NCBI GenBank assembly: GCA_026414185.1
Contig: JAOAJL010000001.1
Span: forward strand, 82,987 to 146,986
DNA: 64,000 bases
Reading direction: 5' to 3'
From: Candidatus Micrarchaeota archaeon
Lineage (GTDB): Archaea; Micrarchaeota; Micrarchaeia; Anstonellales; Anstonellaceae
Position 1 is the stretch's first letter. Each line of letters opens with the position of its first letter. Below, piece by piece: positions 46,382 through 54,856 of the stretch. The notes under the pieces were generated by a model that searched no databases, was not told the DNA's origin, and saw only the letters and a program-made list of their open reading frames with translations. Made by a program: the position numbers and the translations under genes.

Positions 46382-47698
46382 ATGGAGTTTTCAAGGATGG
46401 GGCTTGACCCGGCAATTCTGCGGGCGCTTGACGAGATGGGGTTTGTGAAGCCCACCCCAATCCAGGAGCAGAGCCTGCCGCTTCTTTTGCAGGGGGAAGA
46501 CCTGATTGGGCAGGCTCAGACCGGAACAGGCAAAACTGCCGCCTTTGCGATATGCATTCTGGAGAGGCTTTTTGCAGCAGACAGGGGCAAATTCGTTGAG
46601 CCAAACCGCCCGCACGCAATCGTGCTTTGCCCAACACGCGAGCTTGCCGTCCAGGTGGCAGGGGAGATAGAGAGGATAGGAAAATACACAGGCGCGCGCG
46701 TGGTTGCAATCTATGGCGGGCAGGAGATTGAAAGGCAGCTTGCGCCGCTCTCAAAAGGAGCGGACATAATAGTGGGCACTCCGGGCAGGGTGCTTGACCA
46801 CATGGAGCGCGGCACGCTGTATCTTGACAAAGTGGAGGTGGCTGTGCTTGACGAGGCAGACAAGATGCTTGACATGGGTTTTCGCGAAGACATAGAGAGA
46901 ATACTCCAGAAAACGCCTCCAAGCAGGCAGACTCTCCTTTTTTCCGCGACACTTCCGCCGGAAATTGTTGAGCTTGGGAAAAAATACATGAACCTGCCGC
47001 AGGAGATAAGGGCAAGCGGGGATGAGATTGCCGCAGGGAACATCAGGCAGTTTTATGTGGAAACAAGCAAGTTTGACAAGCTCAATGCCCTCCTGACCCT
47101 CCTTGTCCAAAAAAAACCGCGCCTTGCCCTAATTTTCTGCAGGACAAAAAGGGGCGCCGACAGGCTCAACCAGATACTTCTTGACAGGGGCTTCAAATCG
47201 CTGGCGCTTCACGGCGACATGAGCCAGAATAGGCGCGACAGGTCCATGGAGGCTTTCCGCAAGTCGCACATAAACATCCTCGTTGCGACAGACCTTGCAA
47301 GCCGCGGGCTTGATGTGACCAACATCTCACACGTCATAAACTACGACATGACCGAAGACCCCTACACATACACGCACAGGATTGGCAGGACAGGCAGGAT
47401 GGGCAAGGACGGAGAGGCAATCTCGCTTGTTTACTTTGACCAGGCGCACCTGATAACCATGATAGAAAAAGTGACGGGCAGAAAGATTGAGCCGCTGAAA
47501 GTTGAAATAAGCCCGCAGCAGCTTCCAAAGAGGGTGCGCTTTGAAAAAGACAAAAGCCGCCGCCACGCCCATGGCGGAAAGGCAGGCGGGCAGAGGCGGG
47601 CGGCAAGAGCTTCCCACGCCAGCAGGGGCGGAAGTCACCACTCTCAGCCGCGGGAATACCGCTCTTCACGGGGCCACCAGTATTTCGGCAGAAGGTAG
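46382..47698 (+). CDS. DEAD-box ATP-dependent RNA helicase
   Basis: Q-motif PTPIQ, Walker A AQTGTGKT, VLDEADKML, SAT, HRIGRTGR; RG-rich tail. Confidence 0.8.
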   Translation: MEFSRMGLDPAILRALDEMGFVKPTPIQEQSLPLLLQGEDLIGQAQTGTGKTAAFAICILERLFAADRGKFVEPNRPHAIVLCPTRELAVQVAGEIERIGKYTGARVVAIYGGQEIERQLAPLSKGADIIVGTPGRVLDHMERGTLYLDKVEVAVLDEADKMLDMGFREDIERILQKTPPSRQTLLFSATLPPEIVELGKKYMNLPQEIRASGDEIAAGNIRQFYVETSKFDKLNALLTLLVQKKPRLALIFCRTKRGADRLNQILLDRGFKSLALHGDMSQNRRDRSMEAFRKSHINILVATDLASRGLDVTNISHVINYDMTEDPYTYTHRIGRTGRMGKDGEAISLVYFDQAHLITMIEKVTGRKIEPLKVEISPQQLPKRVRFEKDKSRRHAHGGKAGGQRRAARASHASRGGSHHSQPREYRSSRGHQYFGRR

Positions 47699-47753
47699 CA
47701 GCCCAGCATGCTTTTTATTTGTGCGCCGCGCTTTGCTTTCGGAGGTGGGTTCA

Positions 47754-48050
47754 ATGGGCTTTGTGGACGAATTTATGGCCTTTCTGAACAAGCACAAAGT
47801 TGTCGGGCTGGCGGTGGCGTTCATAATGGGCGCCGCAGCAACAAAGCTTGTTTCCGCAATAGTGAATGATCTTATCATGCCAGTCATAAGCGTGCTCATC
47901 CCGGGCGGGGACTGGCGCGCCGCGACCTTGGATGTCGGACCAGTGAAGTTTCTCATCGGGGACTTCGCCGGGGCGCTGATAGACTTCCTGATAGTCGCGC
48001 TCGTCATCTTCCTCCTTGTCAAGTACGCAGTGAAAGATGAAACAAAGTGA
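47754..48050 (+). CDS. mscL: large-conductance mechanosensitive channel
   Basis: 99 aa: MGFVDEFMAFLNKHKVVGLAVAFIMGAAATKLVSAIVNDLIMP...DFLIVALVIFLLVK matches MscL TM1/TM2. The upstream ORF-track extension was rejected. Confidence 0.7.
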   Translation: MGFVDEFMAFLNKHKVVGLAVAFIMGAAATKLVSAIVNDLIMPVISVLIPGGDWRAATLDVGPVKFLIGDFAGALIDFLIVALVIFLLVKYAVKDETK

Positions 48051-48060
48051 AGCTGGGAAG

Positions 48061-49119
48061 ATGAGAAGAAACTCCGCCGTTTTTCTTGCATGCCTCATCG
48101 CGCTGTCATGCACCCTGTTTTCCGAGGAGCCCCCGCCGTTTCCTTCCAGCGAAGGCGTGATTTTCGGGACAGCGGTCCTCTCCTCAGGGGCACCTGCTTC
48201 AAAAATGCCGATAATAGTGCTTGCCCGCACAGGCACAACGGAGTCGGTGCACAGGCTCATCACGGACAATTCAGGCAGGTTCGTCCTGTCGCTTGAAAGC
48301 GGCAGGCACGAGCTTGATGCGGTGCTTCTTGGGCAGTCAAGCGCCGTTGCATATGCGGCAACGGCGGAGGCGGACAGCCGGAAGGAGACAAACGCAACCT
48401 TGGTTTTCTACCCGGCAGGAAGCGCAAGCGGAGTGGTGGCGTTTGAGGGAATGCCCGTGCCTGGCGCAAAGGTGAAGGTCGCCTGCCTCTCCTCAGGATT
48501 TGACTATGAAAGGGCAAACGGCGGATCTTCGGCTTTGGCAGGCGAGGCAGGCGAGTTCGCCTTCAAGGTTCTTCCAGAGGGAACCTGTCAGTTTTCGGCA
48601 TCCACAGATTCCCTTGCGGGCAATGCGGAAGCGCAAATAAGGCGGGAAAAGACAACATCCGTTTACCTGGAAATGCGCAAGAAAGCTGGGCAGGACTTCC
48701 TACCCTATCTTGTCGCAGTGCTGGCGGCGGTTGTGCTTGGCGCCATTGTGCTGAAATCAGGCGGAAAAAAAGAGGAACCGCGGAGCAGCGGCTTGCTGCC
48801 TGAACGCAAGCCCCGACAGGAGCACGCCGCGCGCTTTTCCGCCTCCCTTCCTGCGCCAGAGGGCAGGTCGCCAGACCCGCTTTCAAACCAGAAAGTCAAA
48901 GCAGTGCTTGCCACCCTCTCGGAACGCGAGCAGCAGATAGTGAAGTTTCTCTTCAAGTCAGGCGGCAGGGCTAAGCGCTCGCAGATTCAGCACAAGCTGC
49001 TAATCCCAAAGACATCCCTCCTGCGCAACCTGCGTCTGCTGGAGCGCAAGAGGATAGTGAAGCTGACGCCTTTCGGAAGGAACCTCCTTGCTGAAATTGA
49101 GGACTGGCTGCAGAAATAG
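48061..49119 (+). CDS. membrane-tethered winged-helix transcription regulator with extracellular carboxypeptidase-regulatory-like beta-sandwich domains
   Basis: Signal/TM segment, two CarboxypepD_reg-like segments (SGRFVLSLESGRHEL, AGEFAFKVLPEGTCQF), TM helix LPYLVAVLAAVVLGAIVL, then a cytoplasmic MarR/TrmB-like wHTH (LSEREQQIVKFLFKSGGRAKRSQIQHKLLIPKTSLLRNLRLLERKRIV). Confidence 0.5.
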   Translation: MRRNSAVFLACLIALSCTLFSEEPPPFPSSEGVIFGTAVLSSGAPASKMPIIVLARTGTTESVHRLITDNSGRFVLSLESGRHELDAVLLGQSSAVAYAATAEADSRKETNATLVFYPAGSASGVVAFEGMPVPGAKVKVACLSSGFDYERANGGSSALAGEAGEFAFKVLPEGTCQFSASTDSLAGNAEAQIRREKTTSVYLEMRKKAGQDFLPYLVAVLAAVVLGAIVLKSGGKKEEPRSSGLLPERKPRQEHAARFSASLPAPEGRSPDPLSNQKVKAVLATLSEREQQIVKFLFKSGGRAKRSQIQHKLLIPKTSLLRNLRLLERKRIVKLTPFGRNLLAEIEDWLQK

Positions 49120-49268
49120 CCAGCCTGCGCTTCTGCGCTTCGGACCGCGAAAAGCTTATATACGGGTTCCGCCTTCGCCCCGCGGATTCTTTTTAAGCAA
49201 AGCCTCTGCTTGGCATCGCAGACGAAAGCCCAAAGCGGCTTTCAGCAAAAACAAAAAGGTGATTTCGT

Positions 49269-50990
49269 ATGGATGCGAAAGGAATGTTTGCGGTGATGGC
49301 AGCGCTGCTGTTGCTGCTTTCCCCCCTCTTGGTGGCGGGCGAGGCAGAGGCGGAAGACAGCATCAAGGCAACCGCACAGCCAGTAACCGCGGCAGACGGA
49401 AGCTCAGCGCAGGCTGCGCCCATCTGCCCGGCAAAATCTCCAATAAAGGTAAGATGCAACGCCTTTGACAACGCCGCGCCTTCACGGCAGTGGGTTGGCG
49501 CCGACGGCTGCAAATACGTATGCGACGATGATGCCCCCATCTCGTCCAACTGCCCCTCAAAGTCCCCCATAAAGATAAACTGCAACGCTTTTGATTCGGA
49601 CGTGCGCGAGTGGGTTGGCGCCGACGGCTGCAAATACGTATGCGATGACAGCCAGACTGTTGTTGCCTGCCCAACAAAATCCACAATAAAAGTCAATTGC
49701 GACTCCTCTGACAGGGCGGTGAGGCAGTGGGTTGGCGCCGACGGCTGCAAATACGAATGCGAATACAGGGCAGCGGCAGGTCCGGCAGACTGCGCATCAG
49801 AAACCCCAATCTGCGGAAAGGGCTTTTCTATCGGAACCTACGTTGATGCAAACGGCTGCACAGTCCAGTACTGCAAGCAGGATGAGCCCTCAAAAAGAGT
49901 GGGGATTTCCCTGCTTGTCCACCCGCCAGATGTAAGGGAAGGGGAGATGGTAAAAGCGGTTGCGACCGTGAAGTTCGCCCCTTCTCCGGTTGCGGCTGCA
50001 GATGCGGCAGAAAAGAAATTCAAGGTTGAAATCAAGATGACCGGACCGGGCCAGGAGCTTTCTGCAGGCAGGGCAAAAGCACTGCTTGCCTCAGCTACGG
50101 GCGAGGATGCGCTTGGGCTGATAAAAAAATCCCTCCGCTCCATCTTGGAGCAGAAGAAAGAAGGCGCAAAGCAGGATGACAATCCAAAGGCAGCCTCAGC
50201 CGCAGTTGCCGACGCCTCCATTGTGGCAAGCAGGAAGTTTGAGCAGGAAATAACAGAATACATCACTCTCAAGGCTGGCGAGGAAAAGAGCGTCGTCGCC
50301 TATTTTGCCGCCTCAAGCCCTGGCAGGAGGGTAATCAAGGCGGAGGCTTATGAACTGGCGGGCGCCGCCTGCCCTGCTGAAAGCACCCAGCCGCTTCCTT
50401 GCAAGGAGGAATACAAAAAAGTGGCGCAGGCATGGGGCTATGTCCGCGTTGGAGCGCAGACAACTCCTCCCCTTCCTCCAATAGCAAAGAACAACAGCAC
50501 CTCCTCCGCTGTTGTTGGGAAGCTTGCCCTCTCTTCGGGCTGGAACATGGTCTCGCTTCCCGTGGCGGCAAAAGTGGCGATGAAACAGCTCCAAAAGGAG
50601 TGCGGCAGCCTGCCGTTTGCCTGGCGCCTTACTGAAAACGGCTATGTCAAAGAGCCCGTGCTTGTGCCCGGCTACGGCTACTGGGTGCGCTCCGCAGGAA
50701 GCTGCGAAGTGGATGTGAGCGCAGAAAGCCAAGTGCGGGAGCTTTCCCCGCTTTTTGCCGGCTGGAATCTTGTCGGGGCGCCCGGCACAGCAGTTCCAAT
50801 CTCGGACTTCGCCGGAAGCTGCAACATAGTGGCTGGGCCGTGGCACTACCAGAATCCAAGCCCATCTACGTCAGCCTCGCCTTACGTTCTTGCAAGCACG
50901 CTTGAGCCAGGCAAGGCGTACTGGATTAAAGTAAGCGGGGCGTGCAGGCTGGGAAGCGCGGAGGAGCAGCCCCCTGCTCCGCCGCAATGA
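49269..50990 (+). CDS. secreted protein with three tandem Cys-rich repeats and a C-terminal beta-rich domain
   Basis: Signal peptide MFAVMAALLLLLSPLLVAG. Three 41-aa repeats CP.KSPIKV.CNAFD...WVGADGCKYVCDD; the C-terminal region has repeated G[WY]N.V motifs. Confidence 0.5.
   Translation: MDAKGMFAVMAALLLLLSPLLVAGEAEAEDSIKATAQPVTAADGSSAQAAPICPAKSPIKVRCNAFDNAAPSRQWVGADGCKYVCDDDAPISSNCPSKSPIKINCNAFDSDVREWVGADGCKYVCDDSQTVVACPTKSTIKVNCDSSDRAVRQWVGADGCKYECEYRAAAGPADCASETPICGKGFSIGTYVDANGCTVQYCKQDEPSKRVGISLLVHPPDVREGEMVKAVATVKFAPSPVAAADAAEKKFKVEIKMTGPGQELSAGRAKALLASATGEDALGLIKKSLRSILEQKKEGAKQDDNPKAASAAVADASIVASRKFEQEITEYITLKAGEEKSVVAYFAASSPGRRVIKAEAYELAGAACPAESTQPLPCKEEYKKVAQAWGYVRVGAQTTPPLPPIAKNNSTSSAVVGKLALSSGWNMVSLPVAAKVAMKQLQKECGSLPFAWRLTENGYVKEPVLVPGYGYWVRSAGSCEVDVSAESQVRELSPLFAGWNLVGAPGTAVPISDFAGSCNIVAGPWHYQNPSPSTSASPYVLASTLEPGKAYWIKVSGACRLGSAEEQPPAPPQ
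49425..49800 (+). repeat. three tandem coding repeats, about 123 bp period, with nearly identical 36-nt cores (agtgggttggcgccgacggctgcaaatacgtatgcga)
   Basis: Core recurs at about 49480, 49609 and 49726, read directly from the sequence. Confidence 0.8.
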
Positions 50991-51197
50991 GGGGCAAGGG
51001 GGGATGGCAAACTCTCCAACCCCCTTCTTTTTTTGTTTTTTAACCTTCGCAAAGCCGCGCGTGGTTGGCATGAGAAATCCAAAAACAAAACGGAGGGCTC
51101 CTTGCGGCTGGCAGGACAAGCAGCCAAGCATTCTAAATTCGGTAGCCGAGCTTTTCATCATCTCCATTTCCGGTTGCGCACCGCAGAAAAAACAGGA

Positions 51198-51307
51198 TGC
51201 TCCCAACGGGATTTGAACCCGTGTTACCGGCTTTCCTTCTGCTTGAAATGCCCAATAAGATTGCAGTTGAAAGGCCAGCGTCCTTGACCGGGCTGAACGA
51301 TGGGAGC
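51198..51307 (-). tRNA. tRNA-Glu (anticodon UUC) with a 35-nt intron at the canonical 37/38 position
   Basis: Manual fold of the minus strand: acceptor GCUCCCA/UGGGAGC, D-arm GUUC-AGCCCGGUCAA-GGAC, anticodon stem CUGGC/GCCGG (one G-U), loop CUUUCA[intron ACUGCAAUCUUAUUGGGCAUUUCAAGCAGAAGGAA]A, variable UAAC, T-arm ACGGG-UUCAAAU-CCCGU, discriminator A. CCA is not encoded. Confidence 0.6.
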
Positions 51308-51332
51308 CCGAATCTCTTCTTGCGGAAAGGGG

Positions 51333-51342
51333 TTTTAAATTA
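51333..51342. promoter_or_regulatory. TATA-like element (ttttaaatta) in the divergent region between the tRNA-Glu 5' end and marC
   Basis: Lies 26-34 nt from the tRNA 5' end on one strand and about 30-39 nt from the marC ATG on the other. Confidence 0.3.
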
Positions 51343-51371
51343 TCGCTCCAAGTTTTAAATCCGGCGAGATT

Positions 51372-51953
51372 ATGTCGGAATTCCAGCTTGCCTCCTTTCT
51401 GACGGCGTTTGCGGCTCTTTTCATAGTCATGGACCCCTTCTCCTCAGTGCCCGTCTTCATCGCCCTGACGCGCAGAATGACTCCTGAAAAAAGAAACGAG
51501 GCGGCAATGATAGCAACGCTTGTTGCGGCTGGCGTCTCATTCAGCTTCCTGTTCGCAGGACCTTATGTCTTAAACGTGATGGGCATAAGGATGGAGTCAT
51601 TTTCAATCGCAGGCGGGGCTCTGATGTTTCTCATCGCAATCTCCTTCGCCTTAGGGATTGACTTTGGCAGGCGCAACAAGGACACGTCTGTGGAGGCAGT
51701 GATAATAGGGGTGCCTCTCCTTGCAGGTCCAGGCGTGATGCTCTCCGTGCTTCTCCTTTCAGCCTCATATGGCATTCTCAACGTTCTTGCCGCCTGCGCA
51801 GCCGCCTGCGCAACAAGCTATGTGATACTGCTGCTTTCAAACACAATACAGCGGCTCATAGGGAGAAACGGGCTGGAAATACTCTCACGCGTCATGGGCG
51901 TGCTTCTGGCGGCATTTGCGATGGAATACATACGCAGGGGCTTTGGGCTTTAA
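51372..51953 (+). CDS. marC: MarC-family (UPF0056) integral membrane protein
   Basis: Six predicted TM helices with the conserved N-terminal FIVMDPFSSVPVFIALT. Confidence 0.7.
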   Translation: MSEFQLASFLTAFAALFIVMDPFSSVPVFIALTRRMTPEKRNEAAMIATLVAAGVSFSFLFAGPYVLNVMGIRMESFSIAGGALMFLIAISFALGIDFGRRNKDTSVEAVIIGVPLLAGPGVMLSVLLLSASYGILNVLAACAAACATSYVILLLSNTIQRLIGRNGLEILSRVMGVLLAAFAMEYIRRGFGL

Positions 51954-51963
51954 GCGCGGAAAG

Positions 51964-52857
51964 TCATGTCCCGCACAGCATGCGCAGAAGGTCCCTTATT
52001 CCCGGCCCAAATCCAACGACCATAACTGCAATAAGGACAAGTGCTGAATCAGAGGGAGAAAGCCTCTCCTTTGACAGAAAATAGACTATGAGGGAGGCGA
52101 GGGCGACTTTGAGCAGGAAGAACAGAAAGAAGCCAAGCGGCGTTGCTGTTCCTATGCCTGCCGAAAGCACGTGCTGCTCAAAGTACGAGGCACCTGTTTG
52201 CTTCCCAAAGAGGTCTATCACCACAAAGGTCGCCGCCCCGTCAAGCGCCTGCCCGGCGATGGCAAGCCTCTGGTGGATGCCGAGGGAGAGACGGGCAAAT
52301 CGGCTCAGCGCGGCAAATGCAAAAAGAGAGCCTGCCGCCGCGATTGCAAGCGCCAGGAATGCATAGCCAAAATGCTCCATGAATGGCAGGAGAAGCAGAA
52401 GGCAGGGCAGCCAAAGCGCCATGCCAGCCCAGGCTGCGAAAGGCGCATTTCTCATGGCAAACGAAAGCCAAAGTGAGCAAAAGAAGAGGATTCCGGTGAC
52501 CACATATATGCCTGGCGTGACCGTGAGATAACCGTAGTGGAATATGCCTGCCATGTCAATTGCGGCATAGACTGGGTTTTCTGCTGCGAATGCAGAAAAC
52601 TTGCCGGAGTCGGAAAGGTCGGTGAGTACCCGCGCGGTTGCCCCGAAGAGTATGAAGCTGAAAGCCGCATAAAGAAACTCGCGGGATGAGAAGTCAAAAC
52701 CCCTGCTTTTCAGGACCTTCCAAACCAGATAAACGCAGGCCATCGCAATTGCCGCATAGACAGCAGTATTTATCAAGTTGTAGCCGCTGCGCTCCGCGAT
52801 AGGTCTTACGAAATACTCCTGCACAAAGCCCTCCATCCCTTTTGCTTTCAAGAACAA
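51964..52857 (-). CDS. polytopic membrane protein (possibly DUF63-like)
   Basis: 297 aa with at least 7 TM helices. The family suggestion comes from size and topology only. Confidence 0.4.
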   Translation of the reverse strand: MFLKAKGMEGFVQEYFVRPIAERSGYNLINTAVYAAIAMACVYLVWKVLKSRGFDFSSREFLYAAFSFILFGATARVLTDLSDSGKFSAFAAENPVYAAIDMAGIFHYGYLTVTPGIYVVTGILFFCSLWLSFAMRNAPFAAWAGMALWLPCLLLLLPFMEHFGYAFLALAIAAAGSLFAFAALSRFARLSLGIHQRLAIAGQALDGAATFVVIDLFGKQTGASYFEQHVLSAGIGTATPLGFFLFFLLKVALASLIVYFLSKERLSPSDSALVLIAVMVVGFGPGIRDLLRMLCGT

Positions 52858-53090
52858 ATGTTAAAATCGGTTGCGCAGCTCGGTTCTGCCTTGCCGTCCG
52901 CATGGCAAGAGCGTTTGAAACAGCAATATTCCTGCCGCCTTCCGGCTCACTGCCCTCCTTCCGCACTTTCCATACTGCAGAGTGCGCTTCCACAGCCCCT
53001 TTACCCGAGTCTCTTGAGGCTGCCGCAAGGCAAGTCCAGTTCAAAAGGCAGATAGCCTCTATTTTTATCCTTTTTCTCCCCATAGCCTAC

Positions 53091-53226
53091 GGGCCCGTAG
53101 CTCAGCTGGTTAGAGCGGCATCTTGCCCCTGCTTTCGCAGAGGCTTGACGCAGGTCTTATATGACACGCTCTCGCACATGTGTCTTGGAAAGCTGTAGGT
53201 CGCGAGTTCGAATCTCGTCGGGCCCA
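53091..53226 (+). tRNA. intron-containing tRNA, 136 nt, about 62 nt of intronic sequence; anticodon not resolved by eye
   Basis: Canonical ends: acceptor GGGCCCG/CGGGCCC, discriminator A, D-arm GCUC-AGCUGGUUA-GAGC, T-arm GCGAG-UUCGAAU-CUCGU, variable AGGUC. Between position 26 and the variable loop there are 79 nt where 17 are expected. Simplest parse: GCAUC-UUGCCC[62-nt intron]A-GCUGU, which gives anticodon GCC/Gly but needs a U-C mismatch and C37. An alternative is a non-canonical or double intron; AGGUC occurs at both 53147-53151 and 53201-53205. Confidence 0.55.
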
Positions 53227-53260
53227 TCTGATTTTATTAACAGCAGCCCATTTTCTTCTC

Positions 53261-53581
53261 ATGCAAAAGCAAAACCTTCGCGAAATTGCCATGGAGCGCA
53301 TAGGGATTCTTCTTGATCTGGCGGCAGAAGCGTTGCGCAATGGAGAGGAAAAGTATGCGCGCCGCTATGTTTTTTTGGCAAGAAAGCTCTCAACACGCTA
53401 CAACTGCCGCCTTCCGCCTGCCATTCGCGCGAAATTCTGCAAAGGCTGCGGGCTTCCGCTTCTGCCTGGAAAAAACTGCCGCGTGAGGCTTCGCAAGAGG
53501 CAAAGAAAAGCGGAATACCTGTGCCTCTGCGGAAGAAGACGGCTCTTTAAATATTCTTGCGCCAAAACACTAAGCAGGTGA
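53261..53581 (+). CDS. rnp4: ribonuclease P protein component 4 (Rpp21/Rnp4)
   Basis: ARRYVFLARKLSTRYNCRLPPAIRAKFCKGCGLPLLPGKNCRVRLRKRQ is the conserved Rpp21 helix plus zinc ribbon. Start at ATG 53261. Confidence 0.65.
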   Translation: MQKQNLREIAMERIGILLDLAAEALRNGEEKYARRYVFLARKLSTRYNCRLPPAIRAKFCKGCGLPLLPGKNCRVRLRKRQRKAEYLCLCGRRRLFKYSCAKTLSR

Positions 53582-53585
53582 TAAA

Positions 53586-54329
53586 ATGCTCGGTTTCCAA
53601 GTTCAGTCCTTAGAAACTCCAAACCAAAAGTCCTCTTTTATTAAATCGCTTGAAGATGCCTTTAGAAAGACCTCAGAACCACACCGCCTTATTTTTGGTA
53701 GTTCCAATGCCCCTTTTGGTAGTTCCGTCCCGGAAGACAAACATAGTAAACAAAATTTTTCAATTTTTAACTTAAACAAGCTGCCCGACATTATTAGCGA
53801 GATTAGCGAGAAAAGAGCAAATGAAATAATAAGGGGCGCTGCCGCTCTGAGGCAGGATCTCGGGGGCCAAATCAACGAAGAACAGTCAATCATCCTTTAT
53901 CTTCTTCTCGGTTCCATAGACACCAAAAACTTGCCGACGAATATTAAAAAGCAAGATTTTATAAAGGACTTCAAGCTGGAATTAGGCTTTCTCCTCATCT
54001 ACGTCATAGGCTACACTAAAAACATTAATTATAAGAATGATGCCTCAGAATTCATAAATACTTCGGATGAGGCTAGGCGATATGAAATTTTGAATAAATA
54101 CCTCTCAACGTCTTCAAAAGATTTAATGCCGATGCTTGCCAACATTGCATATGCCATATACACACTTTCAAAAATAGGCGAGTCGGGCCTTACTGTTCAA
54201 CTTCCAATTGACCTCTGGCTTAAAAACTTGGAGCAAATAGCAAAGATTATAGAAGATATCAAAAGGCAAAAAGAAAAAGATTTAAAATACGCAAAAATCC
54301 TGGATAGCACTCCAACAAAAACTTCATAG
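53586..54329 (+). CDS. hypothetical protein, AT-rich orphan
   Basis: 247-aa ORF at about 36% GC, with Lys/Asn/Ile-rich composition unlike its neighbours. Sits 5 nt after rnp4 and about 360 nt from the intron-containing tRNA. Confidence 0.4.
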   Translation: MLGFQVQSLETPNQKSSFIKSLEDAFRKTSEPHRLIFGSSNAPFGSSVPEDKHSKQNFSIFNLNKLPDIISEISEKRANEIIRGAAALRQDLGGQINEEQSIILYLLLGSIDTKNLPTNIKKQDFIKDFKLELGFLLIYVIGYTKNINYKNDASEFINTSDEARRYEILNKYLSTSSKDLMPMLANIAYAIYTLSKIGESGLTVQLPIDLWLKNLEQIAKIIEDIKRQKEKDLKYAKILDSTPTKTS

Positions 54330-54434
54330 GGACGGCTTTTGGCTTTCCGAAACAATTAAATAGGAGTATCGCAACTATCTTCGGAGCCGAAAAAAGGGAG
54401 ATTAGGGCTTTTGCCGGCTTTCAGAGGTGTTGGG

Positions 54435-54851
54435 ATGGTAACCGTGTATGATGTTGCTCCAAGCAGGCTTGTTGCCAAGGTAGCCGAAAAGCTTGCGTCA
54501 ATGGGGATATCCGCGCCTGCTTGGGTGGGCAAGGTGAAGTCTGGCGCCCACCGCCAAAGGCTGCCCCAGCAGAAGAATTTCTGGTATCTTCGGCTCGCCT
54601 CTCTCCTGAGGAACGCATATATAAGGGGAAGCGTCGGGGTGCGCTCGCTTCGTACGCACTATGGCGGGCGGAAGGTGCGTGGGGTAAAGCCCGAGGAGAA
54701 GCGAAAGGCGGGCGGCTCCATAATACGCAAGGGCTTGCAGGCGCTTGAAGCGGCAGGGCTGATGGAGAAGAAGAAAAAAGGCAGGCAGATAACCCCTGCT
54801 GGAAGGAAGCTTCTTGATGCGGTTGCCAGAGAGCTTTCCGCACAAGGTTGA
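54435..54851 (+). CDS. rps19e: 30S ribosomal protein S19e
   Basis: MVTVYDVAPSRLVAKVAEKL...PAWVG...KNFWYLRLASLLR is the conserved S19e N-terminus. Confidence 0.8.
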   Translation: MVTVYDVAPSRLVAKVAEKLASMGISAPAWVGKVKSGAHRQRLPQQKNFWYLRLASLLRNAYIRGSVGVRSLRTHYGGRKVRGVKPEEKRKAGGSIIRKGLQALEAAGLMEKKKKGRQITPAGRKLLDAVARELSAQG

Positions 54852-54856
54852 TTCTG

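Noticed and set aside
50991-51197. Box C/D sRNA candidate (AUGAUGA on the minus strand near 51160)
   Set aside because: No CUGA box D/D' at the expected spacing and no terminal stem, so this is a chance match.
52858-53090. Possible structured ncRNA (RNase P or SRP RNA) in the 233-nt gap upstream of the tRNA
   Set aside because: Only short local hairpins are present. None of the conserved RNase P (P4 pseudoknot) or SRP (domain IV GNAR/AGGA) elements were recognisable, so it is more likely a tRNA leader or promoter region.
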